Below are positions 29,042-38,727 of a DNA stretch of 64,000 nucleotides, in pieces; the first letter of the stretch is position 1; each line of letters opens with the position of its first letter. The DNA comes from an uncultured Nitrospina sp. (GTDB lineage: Bacteria > Nitrospinota > Nitrospinia > Nitrospinales > VA-1): assembly GCA_964510965.1 (NCBI GenBank), contig CAZECX010000003.1:9670-73669 (forward strand), in the 5' to 3' direction. The notes under the pieces are model-generated. The model was not told the DNA's origin. It saw nothing but the letters and a program-made list of their open reading frames with translations, and did not search any database. The position numbers and the translations under genes are program-made.

Positions 29042-29755
29042 CTATTCTCCCCCCGCGACAGAAATGACCTGCCCCGTAGTAAAGGAATTTTGATCGGACC
29101 CAAACCAGTAAACTGCATCAGCTATTTCATCAGGCCTAGCCATGCGCTTTGCGGGAATCAATTCCACTCGACTTTTCATATTTTTTTCTGGATCCTTTAT
29201 ATGAGCTTTTGTATCAGTAACTCCCACCCTTAGTGTATTAACAAATACATTTTTCGCGGCCCATTTTTTATGATCGGCCGGCATGAACTCAAGGGAGTGC
29301 TTACTCAGCGAATAGCAAAAACTATTTACTCCTCCTCCAAATTTAACCCCTATACTACCCGCATTAACGATTCGCCCCCAATTTCGCTTAATCATTCCTG
29401 GAGTAACGACTCGTATGAATAATAATGCGGCAATGAGATTTACGTTCAACGTTTCAATTATGTCCGTAGCGGTAATTTCAGAAAATGGTTTTGGCTGAGA
29501 AATAGCAGCCATATTTATCAGAACATCTGTTTTCTGAATGAGGTCTTCATATTGAATTAAAGCTTGTTCAATATCGTTGGAACCAGACAAATTAATCTGA
29601 ACAGCCTGCATACTGGGCGATGCATCAACCAGCTCAAAAAACCCATCCTGCCCGCGATTGTAATGCCCTACAACGTGGAATCCGTTCGCCAGATATTTTT
29701 TGCACGTTGCGATCCCAATATCAGAGCTCGCTCCTGTAATTAAAACCTGTTGCAT
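29042..29755 (-). CDS. Classical short-chain dehydrogenase/reductase (PtmA-like flagellin-modification-type SDR)
   Basis: Cofactor loop VLITGASSDIGIATCKKY and catalytic YSLSK. It sits in an operon with a cytidylyltransferase, as in ptmA/ptmB-type loci. Confidence 0.7.
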   Translation of the reverse strand: MQQVLITGASSDIGIATCKKYLANGFHVVGHYNRGQDGFFELVDASPSMQAVQINLSGSNDIEQALIQYEDLIQKTDVLINMAAISQPKPFSEITATDIIETLNVNLIAALLFIRVVTPGMIKRNWGRIVNAGSIGVKFGGGVNSFCYSLSKHSLEFMPADHKKWAAKNVFVNTLRVGVTDTKAHIKDPEKNMKSRVELIPAKRMARPDEIADAVYWFGSDQNSFTTGQVISVAGGE

Positions 29756-29805
29756 ATCGATACCGTCTTATTAAACTATTTAATCTTACGGGTGTCCCAA
29801 AAATC

Positions 29806-30969
29806 TCAAACCACCGTGCAAGCCGAGCAGGGGTTTCTGTTTTTTCGTTTGCTCTCGATATGATCCGATCTAAGGGTCTCATAATTTGAAGATCGCCAAA
29901 GCTTACTCAAGTCAAACTCTTTTATAGAACCTTGCGACAGGGTTGATTTATAGTCCACATCACAGGGGTTCGCTTTTCCATCCCACCACACAAACATCCT
30001 GCGCCAAAGATCTGAACAGGCTTTGTCCAAACCATTAGCAGGTTGATTATAAACATTTTCCCAAGGATTGTATTTCACAAAAGCGACCTGATCTACAAGA
30101 CCGCCCCAGACTTTCTGCATGGAATCCAGATCCTGCTCATCTGAAAATTTCACCCCGGAAACACGTGTGATGACGGGCAAATCTGGATAACTGGTTTGCC
30201 TTATTTTTTGAAATCGCTCAATGTTGTCTAATATTACCGATAGCTTTCCATTGACCCGGAACTTGCTGTACAAAGGTTCTTCAGCAGCATCTGCAGAAAA
30301 AACTATGGTTTTTACTCCACCAGAAAGAATGGCATGACATTTTTCTTCGTCGAGTAAAGAAGCATTGGTATTTAACTTAAGATTTAAAAATTTGCCTCGA
30401 GTATATTCCAGCATTGGAACGATATCTTTACAGATCATAGGCTCACCACGTGATGCAAGAGATAGAAACTCTATATTCCCCGCAGCCTGATCAATTATTT
30501 TCTTAAACAACTCAAGCGTCATCTGCCCCATAAAACCACTGGCTTTATCTGTAAAAGTTGGATCTGTCTCAAAACAAAAAATGCAACGGAAATTGCATAT
30601 TGAAGAAGGTTCAATTTGCAGATAGGGGGGATATTCGTCCAGAGTTTTTAGCTGCGGAAAAATTTCATAACGATAACGATGAACTAAATACCGTGGCAGA
30701 TCGGAATCAGAGCATGTGGCAATCTCTTCAACAACACTGGGGTTAAGGCTGAATTGGTTGAATTGGTCTTTCGAATCCGAATCAAATAAATCATTGCAGA
30801 CTTGATTAAAAATCTGCTTATGCGCTTGCGACATTTTTTCAGAAAAATCATCTCTTTTCCGAACACTTTTGATACGTTCCAGAGTTTCAGCCAGTGAATT
30901 ATTATCTTTATGCCTGATCTCAAAAAAACTGTTTTGCTTTTGATAAACAGGCCGAGAGTCTTTTTTCAT
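29806..30969 (-). CDS. Radical SAM protein with Cys-rich C-terminal (SPASM/twitch-like) region, no B12 domain
   Basis: Cluster motif IEPSSICNFRCIFCFE lies after a ~115-aa N-terminal extension. C-terminal cysteines are CSDLW...NPCDVDY...NPCSACTVV. Confidence 0.75.
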   Translation of the reverse strand: MKKDSRPVYQKQNSFFEIRHKDNNSLAETLERIKSVRKRDDFSEKMSQAHKQIFNQVCNDLFDSDSKDQFNQFSLNPSVVEEIATCSDSDLPRYLVHRYRYEIFPQLKTLDEYPPYLQIEPSSICNFRCIFCFETDPTFTDKASGFMGQMTLELFKKIIDQAAGNIEFLSLASRGEPMICKDIVPMLEYTRGKFLNLKLNTNASLLDEEKCHAILSGGVKTIVFSADAAEEPLYSKFRVNGKLSVILDNIERFQKIRQTSYPDLPVITRVSGVKFSDEQDLDSMQKVWGGLVDQVAFVKYNPWENVYNQPANGLDKACSDLWRRMFVWWDGKANPCDVDYKSTLSQGSIKEFDLSKLWRSSNYETLRSDHIESKRKNRNPCSACTVV

Positions 30970-30972
30970 TTA

Positions 30973-31734
30973 TTACCTCTGCGCTTCTTTAAAACCATGT
31001 TTACGAAGCCAGAACTCTACCATGGGAACTTGCCATTCGTAATCCACATCGCAGCCTCCCCAATTGGGAATAGGTGCTATGCGCTGGCCCATCCACTTTT
31101 GCGGTAGAAGCCCTTCATTCAATTTTTCCAGACACTCTGGCCGCACTACTGAAATTGCCATATCTGCGAAATGCACATCACCCTGGGAATCGCGATCGCA
31201 ATTCATGGTGAGCGGGTCTCCAAATGTTTCAAATGGAACCATCGGATGCAAACTTCCATCCGCCTGAAGCTTACGCGCCCGGAGTGGACTCCACATATTG
31301 TAAACCGATGTTGTCACCGCAGAGTCATAGCTCTTATCGTTCCTCAAAGCCTCTATACCCTGATCTATTAAGTCAGCATTTAGGGTAGCGCCATTTGCAA
31401 ACAATAAGACAACCAATTCGATTTCCAAATCATTTTGCTTAAGGCGTCTTTTTATTTCTTGATAACCATGAACAAAAACATCTTCACCCAAAGCTTCTTT
31501 AGTCGCCAGCTCGGGCGGGCGATCGATCAACTCTGCATCATGTTCCTTTGAAATCCTTACAATCTCGGGACAATCTGTCGAAACAAAAATTCTTTCAATA
31601 TTTGAAGAAGCCTTAGCTGCTAACAGCGGGTATGCCGCAAGAGGTCTACCCAAAACTGGATAAAAGTTTTTCCCTGGAAAACCCACGCTTCCCTTTCGCC
31701 CAATCATCAATGCACAAATAATAGATCTACTCAA
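30973..31734 (-). CDS. Cytidylyltransferase-family protein (second, divergent CMP-sugar-acid synthetase-like; PtmB/KdsB/NeuA superfamily)
   Basis: The N-terminus ALMIGRKGSVGFPGKNFYPVLGRPLAAYPLLAA fits the CTP_transf_3 pattern (G-x-KG-x-x-x-KN) but is divergent from 11661-12359. Confidence 0.6.
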   Translation of the reverse strand: MSRSIICALMIGRKGSVGFPGKNFYPVLGRPLAAYPLLAAKASSNIERIFVSTDCPEIVRISKEHDAELIDRPPELATKEALGEDVFVHGYQEIKRRLKQNDLEIELVVLLFANGATLNADLIDQGIEALRNDKSYDSAVTTSVYNMWSPLRARKLQADGSLHPMVPFETFGDPLTMNCDRDSQGDVHFADMAISVVRPECLEKLNEGLLPQKWMGQRIAPIPNWGGCDVDYEWQVPMVEFWLRKHGFKEAQR

Positions 31735-31747
31735 CGCTTATAAACCC

Positions 31748-32401
31748 TTAAAAATTTAGATTCTCAAATGAAGGCCCTTTAAACTTTTTTTGAAGCTCGT
31801 GGTTTAAGGGTGTGCGGCGCAACAAAAAAGCAACATTATTTTCTCGAGCTGCCTCAAAGTCTGTCCCTGAATCTCCAACTACCAGAGCCTGGTCTGACTG
31901 GAAATCAAAACGCTTTAATGCATCTTTTATCATCACGGATTTTTCTTTGGGTGCCCCATGCACCTCCTTGAAATAAGGGAATAACTCCAACGCCTGAAGT
32001 ATTTGCTCAATTTCCTCCTGAGGGGTGCCCGTTATAAGGATAAAACATTGTCTCTTGTGATGGGTCTTTAAAAATTCATGGACACCTGGGACCCACGGAG
32101 AATCAATCACAGCCTGTTGCACCAATCTGGAAAACTGAACACAATACTCTTGAACTTTAGCCAAATCAGGAGACAGACCTGCCCAGCTTAAATAAAGGGG
32201 TATTTTTTCGAAACGCGAAACCCCACCATGCACCTCATGATGTTGATTGACCCGCTCAACCACTTCTTTTCCAAATGGAGCAAATAGTTTTGCGTATCCG
32301 AGGGATTTAACGCTCACAGAATCTTTTATGACTCCATCAAAATCCCAAAAAACAATTTTAAATTTTTCTACCAATTTTCCTGGCCAGTGTTCCGGTGACA
32401 T
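31748..32401 (-). CDS. HAD-superfamily hydrolase (phosphatase)
   Basis: Motif I FWDFDGVIKDS and motif IV VVGDSGTDFEAA. Confidence 0.75.
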   Translation of the reverse strand: MSPEHWPGKLVEKFKIVFWDFDGVIKDSVSVKSLGYAKLFAPFGKEVVERVNQHHEVHGGVSRFEKIPLYLSWAGLSPDLAKVQEYCVQFSRLVQQAVIDSPWVPGVHEFLKTHHKRQCFILITGTPQEEIEQILQALELFPYFKEVHGAPKEKSVMIKDALKRFDFQSDQALVVGDSGTDFEAARENNVAFLLRRTPLNHELQKKFKGPSFENLNF

Positions 32402-32430
32402 TGAGCGTCATCAGCTGGAAGTTTCTGTCG

Positions 32431-33324
32431 TCATTTATTTCGACGCACTTCATCTATTAACTGGATTAGCCCCTGCCCCATGTCTACATGGAATGGAGCT
32501 ACATATTTGCGTCCGAGTTTGGGTAGATAGGCATAGGGAGTATGTATATAATGGCCGGGATAATCCCCTTCAATAAATTCCACTGAACCAGGAAAATCAA
32601 GAATTTCAGCTAACATTTTCAACAAGTCAACCACCCTCATAGGCTCTTGGCCGGTCAAAACAACACTCTGATTTTGAAAATCATCCCCCAAAACCTTCAC
32701 GCTTGCTTTTGCTGCATCTTCGACATGAATGTATTCGCGAAGAGCTTCAGGGCTTCCCTCATAACGCACCACGCCAGATTCCAAGGCATTATTTATAATT
32801 CGGAACAGACCATTACTCTTGTCAGCCCTAGGCCCATAAAGCGAACCATAGCGCAATATAGTGTAATCCAGATTGTAAACTCTTTGGTATTCTTCTATAT
32901 AGTTTTCCGCTGCTTGCTTACTGCAACGGTAAAAACTTCCTTCACGGCTGTATACATAAACCGTACTGGCAAAAATGAAACGCTTGACCCCATTCAAGCG
33001 GCAAGCCTCCAAGGCATTGATATTCCCCAGAATATTGATTTCAGCAGTTTCGATTGGCTTATTTCTAGCTAAATCTAAATCTGCTAAAGCTGCAAAATTA
33101 TAAACCACCTCCGACCCGGATATTGATTTAATGAGGAGGTCTTTATCGGCTAAATCTCCGATAATCATATCCTGATCTTCCCCTTTCCAGCGGGAGTCAG
33201 TACGATCAAAAATTCGTACTTGGTATCCCTCTTGCGTCAATTGGTCGGCCACATGGGAGCCTATAAATCCGCTACCTCCTATTACCGTTACATTGCGTTT
33301 TTCATTGCCTTTAATTTGGCTCAT
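32431..33324 (-). CDS. NAD-dependent epimerase/dehydratase (extended SDR)
   Basis: VTVIGGSGFIGSHVADQL and catalytic YRCSK. Confidence 0.75.
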   Translation of the reverse strand: MSQIKGNEKRNVTVIGGSGFIGSHVADQLTQEGYQVRIFDRTDSRWKGEDQDMIIGDLADKDLLIKSISGSEVVYNFAALADLDLARNKPIETAEINILGNINALEACRLNGVKRFIFASTVYVYSREGSFYRCSKQAAENYIEEYQRVYNLDYTILRYGSLYGPRADKSNGLFRIINNALESGVVRYEGSPEALREYIHVEDAAKASVKVLGDDFQNQSVVLTGQEPMRVVDLLKMLAEILDFPGSVEFIEGDYPGHYIHTPYAYLPKLGRKYVAPFHVDMGQGLIQLIDEVRRNK

Positions 33325-33333
33325 AATAACCCT

Positions 33334-34308
33334 TCAACTTTGAATCTCGTATTCTGATTGTGGTACCTCGTTTTGCAAGGGTTTCCCGGCAAGAAAACGA
33401 ACAGCTTCCTCAGTTGCCTCAATTTCCATCTGAGATCGACAGTCAACTGACATGGATCCCATATGAGCTGTCAGCAAACAACGATCTATTTCAAAAAGCT
33501 CCCCTTTGTAGGGTTCATTTTCGAAAACATCAATAGCTGCCCCTCCAAGGCAATCTTCTTTCATCACATTATATAGATCCTTTTCATTGATGATGCCCCC
33601 TCTAGAGGTATTTATAATTAAGGCATCTTTTTTCATTTGGAGCAACTGTTCCCTGCAAATCATGCCCCGGGTAAGAGGAGTTAGGGGAAGGTGTAAACTG
33701 ATAACGTCTGCCTCTCTATAAATTTTTTCTTTAGTAACCCATTCAATTTCGAATTCTCGATCCAATTCACGGTTTGGCAAAATATCATTGACTAAAACAC
33801 GAATTTTACCAAACCCTCTCATAAGGCGCAACAGATGGGTTCCTATCCTCCCAACTCCAATTATACCAACAGTAGTACCAGCAAGTCTTCGGCCAAAAAT
33901 TCGCTTCCAATTTCCCTGGCGCATTTGCTGATTGGAAACATGAACTGAGCGTAAGAGACTTAACATCATGCATAGGGCAAGCTCAGCTACAGCTGGGGCA
34001 GGCGCATCTGGAGTATAGGAAACCTTAATCCCCCTTTCCCTGGCGGCGATTAAATCAATACTATCCAATCCAATACCTACCCTAGAGATGAATTTAAGTT
34101 TTTGAGCTTGAGCCATTACTTTATCCGTAATCGGTTCCGTGCCCGCAACAAGGACATCAATATCACGAATTAATTCGGATAATTGGTCTTCGGTAAGCTT
34201 CTTTCCATAAGGGTTTATTTGGTATTGGATCTTCGCTTTTTCAAGTAAATCCAACGGAAGCCGATTATTTTCTCCAAAGGGAACAGTGGTGATAAGTACT
34301 TTTGCCAT
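33334..34308 (-). CDS. D-isomer-specific 2-hydroxyacid dehydrogenase (phosphoglycerate dehydrogenase-like)
   Basis: NAD loop GIIGVGRIGTHLLRL plus LHLPLTPLTRGMI, INTSRGGII, AAIDVFENEP and LLTAHMGS. It is the first gene of the minus-strand run 34308->27836. Confidence 0.8.
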   Translation of the reverse strand: MAKVLITTVPFGENNRLPLDLLEKAKIQYQINPYGKKLTEDQLSELIRDIDVLVAGTEPITDKVMAQAQKLKFISRVGIGLDSIDLIAARERGIKVSYTPDAPAPAVAELALCMMLSLLRSVHVSNQQMRQGNWKRIFGRRLAGTTVGIIGVGRIGTHLLRLMRGFGKIRVLVNDILPNRELDREFEIEWVTKEKIYREADVISLHLPLTPLTRGMICREQLLQMKKDALIINTSRGGIINEKDLYNVMKEDCLGGAAIDVFENEPYKGELFEIDRCLLTAHMGSMSVDCRSQMEIEATEEAVRFLAGKPLQNEVPQSEYEIQS

Positions 34309-34565
34309 TCTAATACAAGCCTCTTAGGGATAACGGGACGGCTTTAACTTAAATAAACTTTTCTTTCACGTTGAACCACATTATTTTTGGTTCTCGATCT
34401 TCAATATACTCAATAGTCATTTAAAAACCAAGTACCCGCTTCCAGCAAATTTTTTCTTGAACGTGTTGAGCACTTGAGTTTGTAAACCCTATAGCGAATT
34501 GCTAAAATAATTTGAAACGTTGACCTATACTCTATTTGAATAGCTCTACATATAATTAAACCTCC

Positions 34566-35288
34566 ATGAAATCCATCCGCGTATTTTCTGATTCTGAAGA
34601 GATGGCTGAAGAGATAGCCCGTTGCTGGCATGAAAAAGCTAGGCAGACAGCAAAAGAACAACTTATATTTTCTGTCGTATTGTCTGGCGGAAAAACCGCC
34701 TCACTGCTTTATGGTAAATTGTCTCAACCTGAATGGAGAGATAGAATTCCCTGGGAAACGGTCCATATTTTTTTTGCAGATGAACGGTGCGTATCTCCGA
34801 AGAATGAAGAAAGTAATTATAAAATTGCAAGCGATCATCTATTGAAACATATTTCTATTCCCGCCAAAAACATTCATAGAATTCGTGGAGAAGAAAACCC
34901 CGAAAAAGAAGCCATTCACTACGCAAAAGAAATTCAAAGCCACTTGGCTCTTAGAAAAGGAGATATTAATTTCTTTGATTGGGTTTTACTTGGTGTTGGG
35001 ACTGATGGTCATACAGCCTCTCTTTTCCCTCAACAAGATATTATTAATTCCAAAAAACTTTGCGAAGTATCTCAGCATCCTGACACTGGGCAAAAAAGAA
35101 TAACCATGACCCCGGCGACGATAAATAGATCACATCGTATAACCTATCATGTTATTGGGGAAGAAAAATCTGAAATAGTTTTCAAACTGGCATCCAACCC
35201 ATCGGTAATCAATATATATCCCACCTTGAGGATCCAAGGAGAATGGTTTCTTGATAGAGAGGCTTCCGCAAAATTTGATTTTCCCTGA
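34566..35288 (+). CDS. pgl: 6-phosphogluconolactonase
   Basis: FSVVLSGGKTAS, FFADERCV and LLGVGTDGHTASLFP are the Pgl/NagB-family signatures, of the lactonase type. Confidence 0.75.
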   Translation: MKSIRVFSDSEEMAEEIARCWHEKARQTAKEQLIFSVVLSGGKTASLLYGKLSQPEWRDRIPWETVHIFFADERCVSPKNEESNYKIASDHLLKHISIPAKNIHRIRGEENPEKEAIHYAKEIQSHLALRKGDINFFDWVLLGVGTDGHTASLFPQQDIINSKKLCEVSQHPDTGQKRITMTPATINRSHRITYHVIGEEKSEIVFKLASNPSVINIYPTLRIQGEWFLDREASAKFDFP

Positions 35289-35449
35289 CGAGAGGGTTTA
35301 TATTAAGGCTTTTAGCTGGTTGTCATAAGCGAGGAAAGGGAATTTTCCTATAGAACTTAGCAACATAACCCATGCCTGCGAAAATATATTAATCAGGTCA
35401 GATTTCAGATATAAAATATAGTTAATTCAATTTCATTAAGAGTTTTCAA

Positions 35450-36451
35450 TTGAAAAAAGCACCTTTAAGTATCGTGATCCCTACCTATGGTCGAAGTAAG
35501 GATTTAGAAGGTTTATTAAGGTCGGTAAAGCCTAACGAAAATACTCACGAAGTCATCGTGATAGATGACTGTTCGAAAAACCCAAGCGAATTTGACAGTT
35601 TAAAACGGGACTACCCGGATGTCCGCTTTGTCCACCTTGAAAAAAACGTAGGCCCAGGTCAGGCCAGAAATAAAGGTGCCCAATTTGCACAGGGGGATAT
35701 CATACTGTATCTTGACTCTGATACTGAATTGGTTTCAGGAGGCATCCAACTACTAATAGATTTTTCTCACATTCATCCTGATATCAAAATATTTTCGGGA
35801 TGGGATTCACCCATTCCTCTAAATCCAGGATTTTTCCCTCGGTTCAAGGCGTTGTTCATGATAGTTGGCGCCCCAAAAACTGACGCCGACGTCTCTTTTA
35901 TTGCTGGCAGGTGTTTTGCAATCAAGAGGGATGTTATGTTGGAGAGTGGGGGCTTCGATGACAAATATAAAGGAGCGGATGTCGAAGATTTCGAACTAGG
36001 GTACAGGCTTCGACGCAAATATGGGAAAATACAATATTTAAGTGGGCTACGTGTCCACCATAGGTATCCAAGTTTTTGGAAGCAGTTCAAACTTTATTTC
36101 CAGCGTATTAGAATGTGGATGGAATTAAAGGCTTCAATGGGGGGGTTCGATGACAGCTTTGGAACCAGCCAGAAGGATGCCGTTATTCAGGTGTTCAGCG
36201 CGGTGTGGCCGTTCGCTTTCATAGGTACACCAATATGGGGCTCCTTCCTTCCAGGGTTGGCGTTATTAAGTGCCGCCATTGTGGCAAATTGGAAATTTGT
36301 GACATTATGTTTTAGGGAAGAGGGTTTGAATTTTACGATCATGTCCGTTTTGTGCCATAGTTTTCTTGCCCTGGCTATATTGACTGGCGCATTTATTGAA
36401 TTAGCCCGAAAACCAAATTTAATCTTTGGAATTATTAGTAAAAGGAGTTAA
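35450..36451 (+). CDS. Family 2 glycosyltransferase with C-terminal membrane segments
   Basis: LSIVIPTYGRSKDL, VIVIDDCS and YLDSDTE (DxD), with a hydrophobic C-terminus (VWPFAFIGTPIWGSFLPGLALLSAAIV...). TTG start. Confidence 0.75.
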   Translation: MKKAPLSIVIPTYGRSKDLEGLLRSVKPNENTHEVIVIDDCSKNPSEFDSLKRDYPDVRFVHLEKNVGPGQARNKGAQFAQGDIILYLDSDTELVSGGIQLLIDFSHIHPDIKIFSGWDSPIPLNPGFFPRFKALFMIVGAPKTDADVSFIAGRCFAIKRDVMLESGGFDDKYKGADVEDFELGYRLRRKYGKIQYLSGLRVHHRYPSFWKQFKLYFQRIRMWMELKASMGGFDDSFGTSQKDAVIQVFSAVWPFAFIGTPIWGSFLPGLALLSAAIVANWKFVTLCFREEGLNFTIMSVLCHSFLALAILTGAFIELARKPNLIFGIISKRS

Positions 36452-36453
36452 CT

Positions 36454-37620
36454 GTGGTCAATCGAATTATCAGGTTGATAAATCATGCGGTTGCCTATAC
36501 CAGAACATTGGCCTCAGACGGCCCCAACTATTTGATTTTCTTTATTACCGGGCGGTGCAATCTCCGATGTTCCTTTTGTTTTTACTTAGAAGAAATAGAA
36601 AATGCGGACAAGGAAAGGGAGTTAACGCTTGAGGAAATAACAAAAATTGCCAAACATAGTCCTGTCCTATACCACATCACATTTACAGGAGGCGAAACTT
36701 TCCTTCGTGAAGATATTGATGAAATAGTCAAAATTTTCTATCGTTTTTCCAATACCCGTTCCGTCACCATAACCACCAATGGAACTTACCCCGAACGTGT
36801 CGGGAAAATGGTCGAGGAAATGGCAAAATCCTGCCCCAATCTTATAGTCAGGATTCCCTTATCAATGGATGGTTTTGAAGAAGTTCATGACCGGATACGA
36901 GGAATGCCAGGGATCTGGAAAAAAGTTTTACACACCTATGAATTGCTCAGAGTGATTGCAGATAAATATTCTAACGTCAAAATTGATGTAACAAGTGTTT
37001 TGCAAAAATCCAACCTTGATAGCATTGAAACCTTGGTGGATTTTGTGAACAACCAGATGCGTGTTGAAAACCACGCAATAAACTACCCAAGAGGAGCGAT
37101 TCAAGAAAAAGAAAATATCCTACCCGAAGAAATAAAGTACAAAGAAATCATCAATCGATCCAGCGAAACTAGAAAACAAGAGAAATATCAATTCCCCTTC
37201 TTTTCACGTCTTCTGATTCTTATGCGGGGTTTGACTGAAATGGTAATCATGGAGATTCAGCGAAAGAAAAAAATGCCTTTTGTTTGCCAAGCCGGTACAA
37301 GTTTGATTGAAATGAATGAATATGGAGAATTGTTTCCCTGTGAGACATTAGACACTCTTATTAAAGATAAAGAAACGCTACGACAACCGGATTTCAAAGA
37401 ATCCTGGATGGGAAATGTTAGAGACCACAACTATGATATCAAACAAGTTTTGAAAACAGCCCCAGCACGTCGAGTGAATTCCTTTATTCAAAATGAAGGG
37501 TGTGCCTGCACCTTTGAATGCGCTATTGGGGCCAGCTTGGTTTTTAAACCCACCAACATTTTTAAAATGCAACTTCAAAAAATCAAATTAACTCTATTCA
37601 AGCCTCCTATAAACAAATAA
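36454..37620 (+). CDS. Radical SAM protein (MoaA/PqqE/SPASM-like, no B12 domain)
   Basis: GTG start with AAGGAG 7 nt upstream, 2 nt after the GT2 stop. Cluster motif FFITGRCNLRCSFCFY and C-terminal cysteines (FVCQAG...FPCETL...GCACTFECAIG). Confidence 0.8.
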   Translation: MVNRIIRLINHAVAYTRTLASDGPNYLIFFITGRCNLRCSFCFYLEEIENADKERELTLEEITKIAKHSPVLYHITFTGGETFLREDIDEIVKIFYRFSNTRSVTITTNGTYPERVGKMVEEMAKSCPNLIVRIPLSMDGFEEVHDRIRGMPGIWKKVLHTYELLRVIADKYSNVKIDVTSVLQKSNLDSIETLVDFVNNQMRVENHAINYPRGAIQEKENILPEEIKYKEIINRSSETRKQEKYQFPFFSRLLILMRGLTEMVIMEIQRKKKMPFVCQAGTSLIEMNEYGELFPCETLDTLIKDKETLRQPDFKESWMGNVRDHNYDIKQVLKTAPARRVNSFIQNEGCACTFECAIGASLVFKPTNIFKMQLQKIKLTLFKPPINK

Positions 37621-37725
37621 ATTTAGCTATTGATGGGCTATTGGCATGATGGTAAATTTGCCAATCATATTGAATTCAAATATCCAGCCAAATCATATTG
37701 AAACAAGTTAAAAAAGGTTAAATGT

Positions 37726-38565
37726 ATGCCCAAAGAGCAACTTACTATCGTTATTCCAGCATACAATGAGGAAAATCGTTTACCACCAACCATAAAAAAA
37801 GTTATGGAATGGGCAGATGAAACACCTGCGTTTGAGATTGAATTAATCATTGTAGATGATGGAAGTGAAGACCGGACCTGCGAATTAGTTCGTGAGTTTA
37901 CCAAAGAGGATTCGCGGATCCGCTTGATCGAAGAAACACATGTTGGGGCCGTGCACGCTATTCTTGCAGGGTTTCTTGCCGCAAAGTATCCTCTCGTCGG
38001 AAATATGGATGCCGATATTGCGGTCCACCCAAGAGAATTTGAAAATTTACTTCCTTTTATAAACGAAACCGGTATTGCCCAAGGCTCCAGGTCTTTGACG
38101 AAGGAAGGCCAGTGGACGATTAAAAGTAAGTCTTCTTTACGCCGAACTATTTCTTTTGGAATGTTTTACTTATTCAAAATGCTGTTTAAAGATCAGGTTA
38201 ATGATCCTCAAATTGGCTTTCGATTATTCCAGAAGGAATCGGTTCTTAAAATTTATCCTACCCTACGACTGTGGCATGACGGCATGAAACATGGAGAAAT
38301 CGTCATTCGTGCTTATGGGCTTGGATTTACGGTTTCAGAAATTCATGTACCCTATATACACGATGAAGATTCGCGTTGTGTTCCAAAAGGGTTATTCAAA
38401 GCAGCATTCATCTCGCTTGAAGCCATGGCCGCCCTTGTTTCCATGTGGGCGCAATGTTCCATAGATTATCAAACAGGAATACTTAAACGCCCGACGACCC
38501 GAGGAGCCTTTCTTTTTTGGCCCTTTTCCTTAATTTCACAGCAAACCAAAAATAGTACAATTTAG
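37726..38565 (+). CDS. Family 2 glycosyltransferase, polyprenyl-phosphate sugar synthase-like (DPM1/ArnC type)
   Basis: LTIVIPAYNEENRLPPTI, LIIVDDGSEDRT and NMDADI match the Dpm1/ArnC-type GT2 pattern. Confidence 0.7.
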   Translation: MPKEQLTIVIPAYNEENRLPPTIKKVMEWADETPAFEIELIIVDDGSEDRTCELVREFTKEDSRIRLIEETHVGAVHAILAGFLAAKYPLVGNMDADIAVHPREFENLLPFINETGIAQGSRSLTKEGQWTIKSKSSLRRTISFGMFYLFKMLFKDQVNDPQIGFRLFQKESVLKIYPTLRLWHDGMKHGEIVIRAYGLGFTVSEIHVPYIHDEDSRCVPKGLFKAAFISLEAMAALVSMWAQCSIDYQTGILKRPTTRGAFLFWPFSLISQQTKNSTI

Positions 38566-38727
38566 CTTCGAAAAGATTTTTGATCACAAGTAAAATTGAA
38601 TTTAAATTGATTGGTCTTGAGTCATTTTTTTCTTGTCAAATCCTTGCCATTCTAGCTATTATTGACCAGCAAAACTTTCGTTTGGATTTCCTACCCATTA
38701 ATTAAAAAAACTACAATCACCTGAATT

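Noticed and set aside
34410-34661. 83-aa minus-strand ORF overlapping the start of the 6-phosphogluconolactonase gene.
   Set aside because: It overlaps a gene with strong family signatures, has an odd Cys/Phe-rich composition and no SD. It is probably a chance ORF in the promoter/5' region.
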